DNA from: an uncultured Candidatus Saccharibacteria bacterium
Lineage (GTDB): Bacteria; Patescibacteriota; Minisyncoccia; Phycocordibacterales; Phycocordibacteraceae
Reading direction: 5' to 3'
Length of the DNA: 64,000 nucleotides
NCBI GenBank assembly: GCA_964634305.1
Contig: CAZWLE010000001.1
Span: 1,128-65,127 of the forward strand
The translations under genes and the position numbers were made by a program. The notes under the pieces are model-generated. The model was given only the letters and a program-made list of their open reading frames with translations. It made no database searches and was not told the origin of the DNA. Of this stretch, positions 47,165-56,044 are shown piece by piece. How positions within the stretch are numbered: the first letter of the stretch is position 1; the number at the start of each line of letters is the position of its first letter.

Positions 47165-48136
47165 ATGAGAGGCACGATTGTTGGGGTGTTGCGTGGTGGA
47201 CCGTCGAGGGAGCATGAGGTATCGCTTGCAACTGGTGCGGCGATACTCGCTCATCTGCCAAAAGAACACTTCACAGCGCGAGATATTTATATAGACAAGC
47301 AAGGGAACTGGCATCTCTTTGGAAAACCGGTTACGCCTGCAGAAGCGCTTCGTTCGCTTGATACGGTCATTGTCGGTTTGCATGGCGAATACGGAGAAGA
47401 TGGTGAGGTACAGAAAGTACTGGAGCGATTCGGTGTTCCGTACACGGGGTCTGCCTCGTTCCCTTCCTTTGTAGCGATGCATAAGCTGATGGCGAAGAAG
47501 AAAGCGGAGGAGCTTGGCGTACTCACGCCTCGCTATCGCTATGTCGACGAAGGAAGTGATATCGAGGCCATACTTGCTGACGTGACGCGTTCCTTTCATC
47601 AGCCGGTCGTCGTAAAACCTGTGCGTTGGGGCTCTTCGGTAGGCGTGTCTCTGTCGCACGGCTACGCACCCATGCATCGCGCCGTTACTGACCTGCTCGC
47701 ACAGGGCGCGGGAGGCGTCCTTATTGAGGAGTACATAAAAGGAACGGAAGCGACGCAGGGCGTGGTGGCGCATCTGCGGGGCGAAGAGCTGTATGCGCTT
47801 CCTTCGATTGAAATCATTCCGCCAGAGGAAGCAGGCTTCTTTGCGTCGCACGTAAAGTACTCAGGAGATACACGCGAAATCTGTCCTGCACGCTTCTCAA
47901 AGAAGGAGAATGAAGAGTTGGTGCGTGTCGCCCGCCTTATGCACGAAGGTCTTGGGCTCCGTCACTACTCTCGCAGTGATTTCATCATCTCTCCTAAGGG
48001 TATCTACTATCTTGAAACCAATGCGCTTCCAGGCATGACGAGTGAATCACTCCTTCCAAAATCCCTTGCTGCGGTAGGGGTCTCGTACCCTGATTTCCTT
48101 AGCCACATTGTTAACCTCTCACTCAATCGTCTATGA
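47165..48136 (+). CDS. ddl: D-alanine--D-alanine ligase
   Basis: ATP-grasp enzyme with N-terminal GGPSREHEVSL motif and C-terminal catalytic region (ETNALPGMT). The ATG at 47165 is preferred. The 285-aa antisense ORF 46994..47851 is rejected. Confidence 0.85.
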   Translation: MRGTIVGVLRGGPSREHEVSLATGAAILAHLPKEHFTARDIYIDKQGNWHLFGKPVTPAEALRSLDTVIVGLHGEYGEDGEVQKVLERFGVPYTGSASFPSFVAMHKLMAKKKAEELGVLTPRYRYVDEGSDIEAILADVTRSFHQPVVVKPVRWGSSVGVSLSHGYAPMHRAVTDLLAQGAGGVLIEEYIKGTEATQGVVAHLRGEELYALPSIEIIPPEEAGFFASHVKYSGDTREICPARFSKKENEELVRVARLMHEGLGLRHYSRSDFIISPKGIYYLETNALPGMTSESLLPKSLAAVGVSYPDFLSHIVNLSLNRL

Positions 48137-48465
48137 GCGAACTCTCTCACAAGCGTTGCATACCGTGTGAAGGAGGAGCGGTGAAGATGACGCGTGATGA
48201 AGCAGCCGTCATGCATAAACAAGTTCCAGACTGGACGCTGTCTGAAGATGCCACAACTCTCTCTCGTTCGTTCCCATTTAAGGACTTTCAAGCAGCACTC
48301 GATTTCGTAAATGCGGTAGGAAAGGTCGCACAAGAAGAATGGCATCATCCAGACATTAAGCTTGGCTGGGGTCGTGCCGACATTACGTTTACTACTCACT
48401 CCATTCGAGGTCTCTCTGAGAACGATTTCATCATGGCGTCTAAAGTGGACGCGATAGGTACGTAA
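48133..48465 (+). CDS. Pterin-4a-carbinolamine dehydratase (PCD/DCoH)
   Basis: EEWHHPDI ... signature with the three conserved His of PCD. Length 110 aa. Confidence 0.75.
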   Translation: MSELSHKRCIPCEGGAVKMTRDEAAVMHKQVPDWTLSEDATTLSRSFPFKDFQAALDFVNAVGKVAQEEWHHPDIKLGWGRADITFTTHSIRGLSENDFIMASKVDAIGT

Positions 48466-48821
48466 ATGGAGAGGGGCCCAGCTGTTCGCCAGGCCCCTGT
48501 TATGAGGTGATCGTCAGAGCGCCTTTGTGTTGACCGCGCATAAATGGCCGGAGCCACTGCGCTGTCGCGAATAGGCGGTGGTCACGTTTCTACACTATGA
48601 TTCCAGTAGCACTGCTTGCACAATGAAGTGCGCTCTTGCATGACGCGGTTTATCCCTAACGTGTCGAACTGGCGACGGATATTCCCGAAGGCCCAGAGCA
48701 GCAGCCCACCTTTCTCGTAGGTACGGATGCCCATATCATCCTTAGGTATAGGATGTCTCGGCCTGGCATCTTCTGTCAATTCCGTGTTATATTCTCCCTG
48801 TTCGCAGGGACAGCCCTAAAA

Positions 48822-48896
48822 GGGCCTTTAGCTCAGTTGGTAGAGCACCTCATTTGCAATGAGGGGGTCAGGAGTTCGAATCTCCTAAGGTCCACC
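48822..48896 (+). tRNA. tRNA-Ala(TGC)
   Basis: GGGCCTTTAGCTCAGTTGGTAGAGCACCTCATTTGCAATGAGGGGGTCAGGAGTTCGAATCTCCTAAGGTCCACC, with the G3:U70 identity pair, anticodon loop UUUGCAA and discriminator A. Coordinates cross-checked against the track ORF 48753 frame. Confidence 0.9.
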
Positions 48897-48903
48897 TTTC
48901 TTC

Positions 48904-48933
48904 AAAACAGGCACGAAAGTGCCTGTTTTGTTA
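48904..48933. terminator. Terminator hairpin after tRNA-Ala
   Basis: AAAACAGGCAC-gaaa-GTGCCTGTTTT (A-tract/T-tract symmetric). Confidence 0.5.
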
Positions 48934-48952
48934 TATCGCGCTTAACAGTTTG

Positions 48953-48964
48953 GAGGTTCTAATC
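48953..48964 (+). repeat. Direct repeat copy 1 (GAGGTTCTAATC), 53 nt upstream of the protease ATG
   Basis: Exact 12-mer shared with 49947..49958. A CTAGG motif also follows both copies. Confidence 0.6.
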
Positions 48965-49017
48965 CTTACCTAGGGTTTTGTGCAAAACGTCATATTTAGA
49001 CGTAAAATCTAGGTGCT

Positions 49018-49947
49018 ATGGAATCCCAATCCTTTTCTGAGCGCTATCAAAAGATAAAGCCTAGCGTGGTTGCAATTGTGGCAACCATCTCTAAGAACGG
49101 AGATTTTCCTGACATTCTCGGTACTGGGTTTATAGCCAGAGAAGATGGATTGATAATAACTAACAATCACGTTGTTCAGTTGATCAAAAAGCTCCCAAAG
49201 AGAAAGGATGCGCCAAAAGATGAGTGGCCTATTAAAGTACTCTACTTAGAAAATATTCCAGAAAAGGGAATGGCTTCCGCATATCTGGAAGTCGAAGGAG
49301 TCGGAACACTTGAACGCGAACAACCAATAGAGGGTCACTATTATGGACCAGATATTCCCGATGTAGGATTTATCTTTGTGAAAGTTCGAGGACTGCCGTT
49401 TCTTGAAGTTGAAGAGACAATCGAATTAAAAGAGGGCGATGAGATATACGTAGCCGGATTTCCAATGGGTACACGAACTTTACGCGCCCCGGGCTGGATA
49501 CATCAAATCAATCCCGTTTTGCAAAGAGGCATACTTAGTGCAATGCAACCGTTTCCATGCGATAAGCCCCATGGATACTTAGTAGACGTGGTTGCACAGG
49601 GTGGCTCTAGTGGTTCTCCAATTTTTAACCCTAAAACAGGGAAGGTTGCCGCCTTATTGTATGGAGGTATTCCAGAGAGGAACATAATTCCTTTGCCAGG
49701 AGGATCCGGACTACCCTATACCTACGGAACTTCACTCACGTTAGCTATACCAAGTCCGATCATGAGCGCTCTATTGAAAATGGATATGCATGACAGAAAA
49801 ACAAATCAAATTGATCAGCGTGACACAAGTACATATCCCACCCTTGCTGAATTCTTTGAGTCGCATGAAATGAAGATGCGTACACCAAGGTCGAGTGAAC
49901 CGGATGTCACGAAGGTGTCTGCCGCTGACCTGAATGAAGAGGTATAG
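49018..49947 (+). CDS. Trypsin-like (S1/chymotrypsin-fold) serine protease
   Basis: Catalytic His (ITNNHVV) and GGSSGSP serine motif. The codon usage is visibly AT-richer than the neighbours. Confidence 0.65.
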   Translation: MESQSFSERYQKIKPSVVAIVATISKNGDFPDILGTGFIAREDGLIITNNHVVQLIKKLPKRKDAPKDEWPIKVLYLENIPEKGMASAYLEVEGVGTLEREQPIEGHYYGPDIPDVGFIFVKVRGLPFLEVEETIELKEGDEIYVAGFPMGTRTLRAPGWIHQINPVLQRGILSAMQPFPCDKPHGYLVDVVAQGGSSGSPIFNPKTGKVAALLYGGIPERNIIPLPGGSGLPYTYGTSLTLAIPSPIMSALLKMDMHDRKTNQIDQRDTSTYPTLAEFFESHEMKMRTPRSSEPDVTKVSAADLNEEV

Positions 49948-49958
49948 AGGTTCTAATC
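49947..49958 (+). repeat. Direct repeat copy 2 (GAGGTTCTAATC), overlapping the protease stop codon
   Basis: Exact 12-mer match to 48953..48964. Confidence 0.6.
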
Positions 49959-50102
49959 TCCGAGAGTCTCTAGGCCCTAAAGCCCATTTCGGTCCTTCAG
50001 ACCACCCCACGAATCCACCACTCTAAGAAACCGTATTGGCCACGATTGAATCAAGGAAGTTCTAAAATGGTGTAAGAAACACCACATTCTTTCATTTCGT
50101 CC

Positions 50103-50342
50103 TTGGTATACTTTAACCACATGGCACGTTCCCCTGAAGGTCCTAGTAATCCGTTAGAACAGCAGCGTGCTGCGCTTTTGCGGCGTGTGTTTAGGCTCCG
50201 ACAAAACCCTAAGATTTTTGGTAACCCCGTATCTTCTCAGCATCTAACCAACATAGAAAATCTTATTAAGAAAGCTCCTGAGAAACTAGAACTCAGTACC
50301 TACGAGTTAGTGCTTTCTGAACTGGAAGAAAATTTGAAGTAG
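50103..50342 (+). CDS. Hypothetical small protein (79 aa), AT-rich
   Basis: ORF only. No motif. Confidence 0.25.
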   Translation: MVYFNHMARSPEGPSNPLEQQRAALLRRVFRLRQNPKIFGNPVSSQHLTNIENLIKKAPEKLELSTYELVLSELEENLK

Positions 50343-50370
50343 GAAAGTTGTGTATGTTGTGTGGAATAGT

Positions 50371-50384
50371 TGTGTAGATACACA
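50371..50384 (+). promoter_or_regulatory. Inverted repeat TGTGTA-GA-TACACA (candidate LexA operator) within a cluster of TGTGTA hexamers (50348–50410)
   Basis: A near-perfect palindrome 24 nt upstream of the lexA-like ATG. Additional TGTGTA copies lie at about 50351, 50393 and overlapping the start. Confidence 0.4.
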
Positions 50385-50401
50385 CTTTCGAGTGCTAAGG
50401 T

Positions 50402-51100
50402 GTGTATATGTCTCACAACGACTCACTCACTGCTGCACAGGAAGAGACGCTCGCCCTTATCAAGCGTCACATCGCCCGCCATGGACAATCACCGACCATC
50501 TTGGAGCTTAAGCAAGCTCTTTCGCTCCGTTCTATCCGCTCTGTCACTCAGCGCCTCGAAGCGCTCGAGCGCAAAGGATTCATCTCTCGAGACCGGTTTC
50601 AGCACCGAAGCATTAAGGTCTTGGGAACCATCTCCACCCAGTACCTCGCGTCGGATTTCATAGCGGTTCCTGTCATCGCGTCTGCAGGCTGTGACGCGAT
50701 GGAGGTATTCGCTCAGGATGAATTTGGAGAGTTTATTGCGGTTGACCGGAAGCTTGTCGGTCGTGCGACCTCAATTGCTGGTATTAAAGCAGTAGGAGAT
50801 TCGATGATAGACGCTGGTATACATAATGGCGATTACGTTATCGTAGAAGTCACTGACCAGGTAGGAAATGGTGACCGTGTGGTAGCTATCATTGGGAATA
50901 TGGCAGTCATAAAGCGTTATGAGCAGGCACAGGGCGTTACGCTCCTGCACCCTGAGAACGCGAAGGAAAGCTACACACCTATTGTGGTTAGCGAGGAAGA
51001 TTCAAAGATATTTGGAAAAGTACTCTCCATAATTCCAGGAATAGAATGGCAGGATGACGTAAAAATCGAGTATTACGACGGCTACGGACCATCTCTCTAA
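50402..51100 (+). CDS. lexA: LexA-type repressor (wHTH plus S24 peptidase)
   Basis: N-terminal LexA DNA-binding domain (LTAAQEETLALIKRHIARHGQSPTILELKQALSLRSIRSVTQRLEALERKGFISR), Ala-Gly cleavage site (ASAGCDA), and Ser (VGDSM) and Lys (AVIKRY) catalytic dyad. The start is probably the ATG at 50408, preceded by an AAGGTG Shine-Dalgarno. Confidence 0.8.
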   Translation: MYMSHNDSLTAAQEETLALIKRHIARHGQSPTILELKQALSLRSIRSVTQRLEALERKGFISRDRFQHRSIKVLGTISTQYLASDFIAVPVIASAGCDAMEVFAQDEFGEFIAVDRKLVGRATSIAGIKAVGDSMIDAGIHNGDYVIVEVTDQVGNGDRVVAIIGNMAVIKRYEQAQGVTLLHPENAKESYTPIVVSEEDSKIFGKVLSIIPGIEWQDDVKIEYYDGYGPSL

Positions 51101-51147
51101 GCTCCTCAGCCTCTTTTAAGCAATATTTGGTATAAAGAAATGGTCGC

Positions 51148-52443
51148 ATGCAGGCCACCTCTTTTACATTCTGTTCATACAAGATAGATACAGAGCGTTC
51201 GATTGTGACGTTTTCGTACAGGGTAGAGTTTGCATTTGGTTTGCACTATACCTTCACTGATTCTCTTGTTTTCAAAGGAGTACCGTCTACTGCGTGGGCG
51301 AAGATACCAAAGGAAGTACTTGAACCAACGCTTCAAGCATTGCTTCTCATGCTCGGTATCAACTACTGGAGCTTTTTTCGTGCCAAAGATATTCGTATAG
51401 AAGGATTTACCCTTACCTGTGAACAAGCTCATTTCTGGGATACGCTCTACCTCAATGGACTAGCTGAGTTCTTTTATCTTGCAAAGATTGATTTCCGTAA
51501 CCTCATAGCGTTTCCCTATAGCGAAACGGTAGATGCGCCTCACCCCATAGAGTTCAAGCGACCATCACGCTCACTCCTGCTAAACGGCGCAGGCAAAGAC
51601 TCAATACTGTCAGCAGAAATGCTAAAAGAACAAGGACGGTCTTTTGACTTTTTTGCCTTTTCTCCTACACGCGCTCACCACCGAATTGCAAAGCTGGTAG
51701 GCGCAAAGTCTATAGAAGTCGAGCGCCGATACGACCCGTTGCTGAAATCGTTTGTGACGGGTGCTTACCCCTCAGTCTCTACCTTTACCTTCATTGCAGT
51801 ACTGCTTGCGGAACTCCTTGGGTACGACTCCATTGTTTTCTCTAATGAACGAAGTGCCGATATTGGAAATCTCGACTACCTGGGGCTACCGGTAAACCAC
51901 CAATGGTGCAAATCATCTGAGGCAGAGAAGCTCATAAACGACTACCTTCAGAGGTACATAACCCGCGATATCACCACGAGTTCCTTATTGCGACCGTACA
52001 GCGAGCTAGCGATAGTGCAGCGCTTCGTGCGCTATCCGCAGTACCACCACTATGTAACGAGCTGTAATACCTACTTTTGGCTTAGTCCTCTAGAGCAGTT
52101 CTTTGCACCCACCAATTACTGGTGTAAACGCTGCCCGAAATGTGTCTTTCTTTTCGCGTGCTTTGCAGCCTTTCTTCCAAAAAAGGAGGTTGTTTCTATC
52201 TTTAGGGGTAACGTGCACAGTAAAAAGCACCTTTTACCTCTATACAAAAGCATCCTGGGCATCGAAGGCTTTAAACCACTCGATTGTGTGGGGGAACCAG
52301 AAGAAATGATACTTGCTATGCACTATGCCTTAGAGCGAGGGGAGTATGGGGAAGAGCCTGCTATGAAGCTCTTTACTGAGCATTTCCCTAATAAGCATGA
52401 CTATGCCTCACTTGAGAAGAAAGTCTTCACGGACACGGTATAA
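51148..52443 (+). CDS. Hypothetical 431-aa protein with a PP-loop-like (SGGxDS-type: LNGAGKDS) motif and a C-terminal CxxCxxC cluster
   Basis: LLLNGAGKDSILSAEML resembles the adenine-nucleotide alpha-hydrolase / PAPS-reductase-like P-loop, and WCKRCPKC looks like a metal site. The rest is not recognisable. AT-richer than neighbours. Confidence 0.35.
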   Translation: MQATSFTFCSYKIDTERSIVTFSYRVEFAFGLHYTFTDSLVFKGVPSTAWAKIPKEVLEPTLQALLLMLGINYWSFFRAKDIRIEGFTLTCEQAHFWDTLYLNGLAEFFYLAKIDFRNLIAFPYSETVDAPHPIEFKRPSRSLLLNGAGKDSILSAEMLKEQGRSFDFFAFSPTRAHHRIAKLVGAKSIEVERRYDPLLKSFVTGAYPSVSTFTFIAVLLAELLGYDSIVFSNERSADIGNLDYLGLPVNHQWCKSSEAEKLINDYLQRYITRDITTSSLLRPYSELAIVQRFVRYPQYHHYVTSCNTYFWLSPLEQFFAPTNYWCKRCPKCVFLFACFAAFLPKKEVVSIFRGNVHSKKHLLPLYKSILGIEGFKPLDCVGEPEEMILAMHYALERGEYGEEPAMKLFTEHFPNKHDYASLEKKVFTDTV

Positions 52444-52462
52444 CCGTTGGTATACTTAGCGT

Positions 52463-52705
52463 ATGGCTGACGAACAAGACCAAAAAGCACTAAAAGAGGC
52501 GCGGGAGCGATATACCAATGCGCGTGCGAGTATAGGTGACCTATACGGCAAACTTGATGAAATTATTAAAGAATATAAGAGAGATGAGAAGCTCTCCTCA
52601 CTAGAAGCGTTCAGGGAATTTCGTGCTTTTTGTCGTAAGCGACTTGTGGAGGATGAAGATACGCTACGCCTCGTATTGAACGGCTCTCTACGGAACGACA
52701 ACTAA
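52463..52705 (+). CDS. Hypothetical small helical protein (80 aa)
   Basis: ORF followed by a strong terminator. Charged, helical composition. Confidence 0.3.
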   Translation: MADEQDQKALKEARERYTNARASIGDLYGKLDEIIKEYKRDEKLSSLEAFREFRAFCRKRLVEDEDTLRLVLNGSLRNDN

Positions 52706-52710
52706 TAAAG

Positions 52711-52737
52711 AAAAAGCCCGCTCGCGCGGGCTTTTTC
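52711..52737. terminator. Bidirectional intrinsic terminator
   Basis: AAAAAGCCCGC-tcgc-GCGGGCTTTTT between convergent genes. Confidence 0.55.
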
Positions 52738-52756
52738 TTTAGTTAAGCCGTAGGGC

Positions 52757-53014
52757 TTAGGAGAGGTGAGCCGAGACGAGCTTAGTCATCTCGAACATGG
52801 TTACCTCACCCTTACCACCAAAGATAGCCTTAAGCTTGTCATCCGCGAGAATGTTGCGCTTGTTAGCAGGATTCTGGAGGTCATTCTTCTTGATGTACTC
52901 CCAAATCTTCTTGGTAACTTCGGAACGAGGCATAGGGCCCTTACCTACAACCGCTTCGAGGTCTGCGGAAAGGTTCATTGGCTTTGAAAGGGCCGGATTG
53001 AGTGCTCTTGGCAT
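52757..53014 (-). CDS. SWIB/MDM2-domain protein
   Basis: KKIWEYIKKNDLQNPANKRNILADDKLKAIFGGKGEVTMFEMTKLVSAHL matches the SWIB fold signature. Length 85 aa. Confidence 0.6.
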   Translation of the reverse strand: MPRALNPALSKPMNLSADLEAVVGKGPMPRSEVTKKIWEYIKKNDLQNPANKRNILADDKLKAIFGGKGEVTMFEMTKLVSAHLS

Positions 53015-53089
53015 AATGTGTCTTAATTTGGTCAGTTCCTAATGGACCGCGTCAGTATACCCCAATTATCCTTAGGATAGAGGGGGGCT

Positions 53090-53746
53090 GTGTATAGGAT
53101 AGGAAAAGGAGACAGGTATCGATTTTGCTGTTATAGTCCAAACCACCCCGTTTTATCTCCTATGGATATTTCTCGCCCTGCGTCAAAACAGCCTATTCCC
53201 GCGCACGCACAGCGTGTGTTTAAGGGCGATATCTTCGATGTGTGGCAGTGGGAGCAGGAGTTGTACGACGGCAGCACCAAAATATTCGAAAAGGTGCAGC
53301 GTCAGGACACTGTCGTCATTATTCCGTCCACGTCAGACGGCAAACTTATCTTCGTTGAAGATGAACAGCCTGCTCGTAGCACGATTCTGACCTTCCCTGC
53401 AGGAAGAATGGATAAGGAAGGGGAAAATCCTCTTGAGTGTGCGCAGCGCGAACTCCTTGAAGAGACGGGCTACGCGTCAGAGGACTGGAGCCTCTATAAA
53501 GCCCACCAGCCCATTACAAAAGTAGATTGGGCAATCTATATCTTTGTGGCTAGAGGATGCCAGAAGGTAGCTGAAGCAGACCCTGGCCCTGGAGAACGCA
53601 TCACCGTCTCTCTTGTGACGCTTGATGACATCATTGCAAAGGTCGGAGACCCTCGTCTCATCCATGATGACCTTGATGTAGAGCTCATCGAAGCTAAATA
53701 CAATCCCGAAGCACGTACACGTCTTGAACAGATACTGTTTGGATAA
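53090..53746 (+). CDS. NUDIX hydrolase (ADP-ribose pyrophosphatase-like)
   Basis: Nudix box GRMDKEGENPLECAQRELLEETGY. An alternative ATG start lies at 53162. Confidence 0.65.
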   Translation: MYRIGKGDRYRFCCYSPNHPVLSPMDISRPASKQPIPAHAQRVFKGDIFDVWQWEQELYDGSTKIFEKVQRQDTVVIIPSTSDGKLIFVEDEQPARSTILTFPAGRMDKEGENPLECAQRELLEETGYASEDWSLYKAHQPITKVDWAIYIFVARGCQKVAEADPGPGERITVSLVTLDDIIAKVGDPRLIHDDLDVELIEAKYNPEARTRLEQILFG

Positions 53747-53783
53747 CAAATGAGAGTACGTCATACGGGTATACTTACGAAAG

Positions 53784-54311
53784 ATGAAAACACCTCGCGC
53801 TATTAGCATTGTCGAACGCATAACGACCTGGACAGGGTCGGTGTCTTCCGTCATCGTTCACACCCTGCTATTTCTTGGTGCGTTCGCGATTGGCATCGTT
53901 GGTATTGCGGAGTGGGAGATTGTCCTCCTTGTGCTCACCACTATCGTCTCCCTTGAAGCTATCTATCTCTCCCTCTTTATCCAGATGTCCGTGAATCGCA
54001 ACACGGCTCAGCTTCGTGAGGTTGAGGAGGATATCGATGAAATTCAGGAAGACGTGGAAGAGATTAGCGAAGATCTTGATGAGATTCAGGAGGACGTCGA
54101 AGAAATCAGCGAGGACTTGGATGAAATTCAAGAAGATGTGGAAGAAATGTCTGAAGACATTGATGAACTCCAGGAAGACGTTGAGGAAATGACTGAGGAA
54201 GACGCAGCGGAAGACAAACGAGAAGAAGCGCAGGCAAAAACGCTCGAAGAACTTACGGGTGATATTCGTCGTATCCTCGACGACCTTGAAGCGCTAAAAA
54301 AGAAGAAGTAA
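53784..54311 (+). CDS. DUF1003-like 2-TM membrane protein with a C-terminal acidic tandem-repeat tail
   Basis: Two TM helices (LLFLGAFAIGIVGIAEW; VLLVLTTIVSLEAIYLSLFIQ), the conserved MSVNRNTAQL segment, then 4 copies of EDxDEIQEDVEEIS. Confidence 0.45.
   Translation: MKTPRAISIVERITTWTGSVSSVIVHTLLFLGAFAIGIVGIAEWEIVLLVLTTIVSLEAIYLSLFIQMSVNRNTAQLREVEEDIDEIQEDVEEISEDLDEIQEDVEEISEDLDEIQEDVEEMSEDIDELQEDVEEMTEEDAAEDKREEAQAKTLEELTGDIRRILDDLEALKKKK
54027..54194 (+). repeat. Four imperfect copies of a 42-bp tandem repeat inside the CDS, encoding 14-aa acidic units
   Basis: gaggatatcgatgaaattcaggaagacgtggaagagattagc and three variants, read directly from the sequence. Confidence 0.7.
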
Positions 54312-54326
54312 AGTGCGCATACGTCT

Positions 54327-54402
54327 GGGCCTTTAGCTCATCTGGTAGAGCGCATCCATGGCATGGATGAGGTGAGGGGTTCGAGTCCCCTAAGGTCCAC
54401 CA
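54327..54402 (+). tRNA. tRNA-Ala(GGC)
   Basis: GGGCCTTTAGCTCATCTGGTAGAGCGCATCCATGGCATGGATGAGGTGAGGGGTTCGAGTCCCCTAAGGTCCACCA, with G3:U70, anticodon loop AUGGCAU and encoded CCA. Confidence 0.9.
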
Positions 54403-54484
54403 AAACGTGCGAGTTTTCCTCATTTTACCCAAGGGCGAAGGCCTGCTAGTATGCCTATAACCCCCGGGCACGGGATATTTTTCT

Positions 54485-55580
<1,096 letters not shown>

Positions 55581-55597
55581 GTAACTGAGGTCTCTAT

Positions 55598-56044
55598 ATG
55601 GATCAGCTTCTCGAGGCGTTCGGCATAGACTGGAAGCTCCTCATCGCTCAGGCGGTGAACTTCGGGCTGCTCCTTGTCGTGCTCTGGTACTTCCTCTACA
55701 AGCCGGTCATGAAGACCTTGGATGAGCGTGCCGCACGCATTGCAAAGGGTGTTGAAGACGCACAACGTGCTGAGGAGAAACTTGCTGGTGCTGATACTGC
55801 TGCTGCGGACATCGTAGCCAAGGCAGACACAGAAGCGGGTGAGATTCTTTCTTCTGCGCGCGACGCGGCAGGCACTGAGCGTGCACGCCTTGTAAAAGAG
55901 GCAGAAGCACGTGCAGCCGCTATTGCTGCTGACGCAGAAGCGCGCGCCGCAGAAGCATCCGCAAAAGCCCTTCGCGAAAGCGAGAAGGAAATTGCACGCC
56001 TTGCAACGCTTGCAGCGGCGAAAGTACTCCAGGAAAAAGCATGA
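55598..56044 (+). CDS. atpF: F-type ATP synthase Fo subunit b
   Basis: An N-terminal TM helix followed by a long Ala/Glu/Arg-rich helix. Confidence 0.7.
   Translation: MDQLLEAFGIDWKLLIAQAVNFGLLLVVLWYFLYKPVMKTLDERAARIAKGVEDAQRAEEKLAGADTAAADIVAKADTEAGEILSSARDAAGTERARLVKEAEARAAAIAADAEARAAEASAKALRESEKEIARLATLAAAKVLQEKA

Noticed and set aside
46994-47851. 285-aa minus-strand ORF
   Set aside because: It is antisense to a well-supported ddl gene and spans the strong uvrC terminator. The product is Arg-rich and low-complexity, typical of a GC-rich antisense frame.
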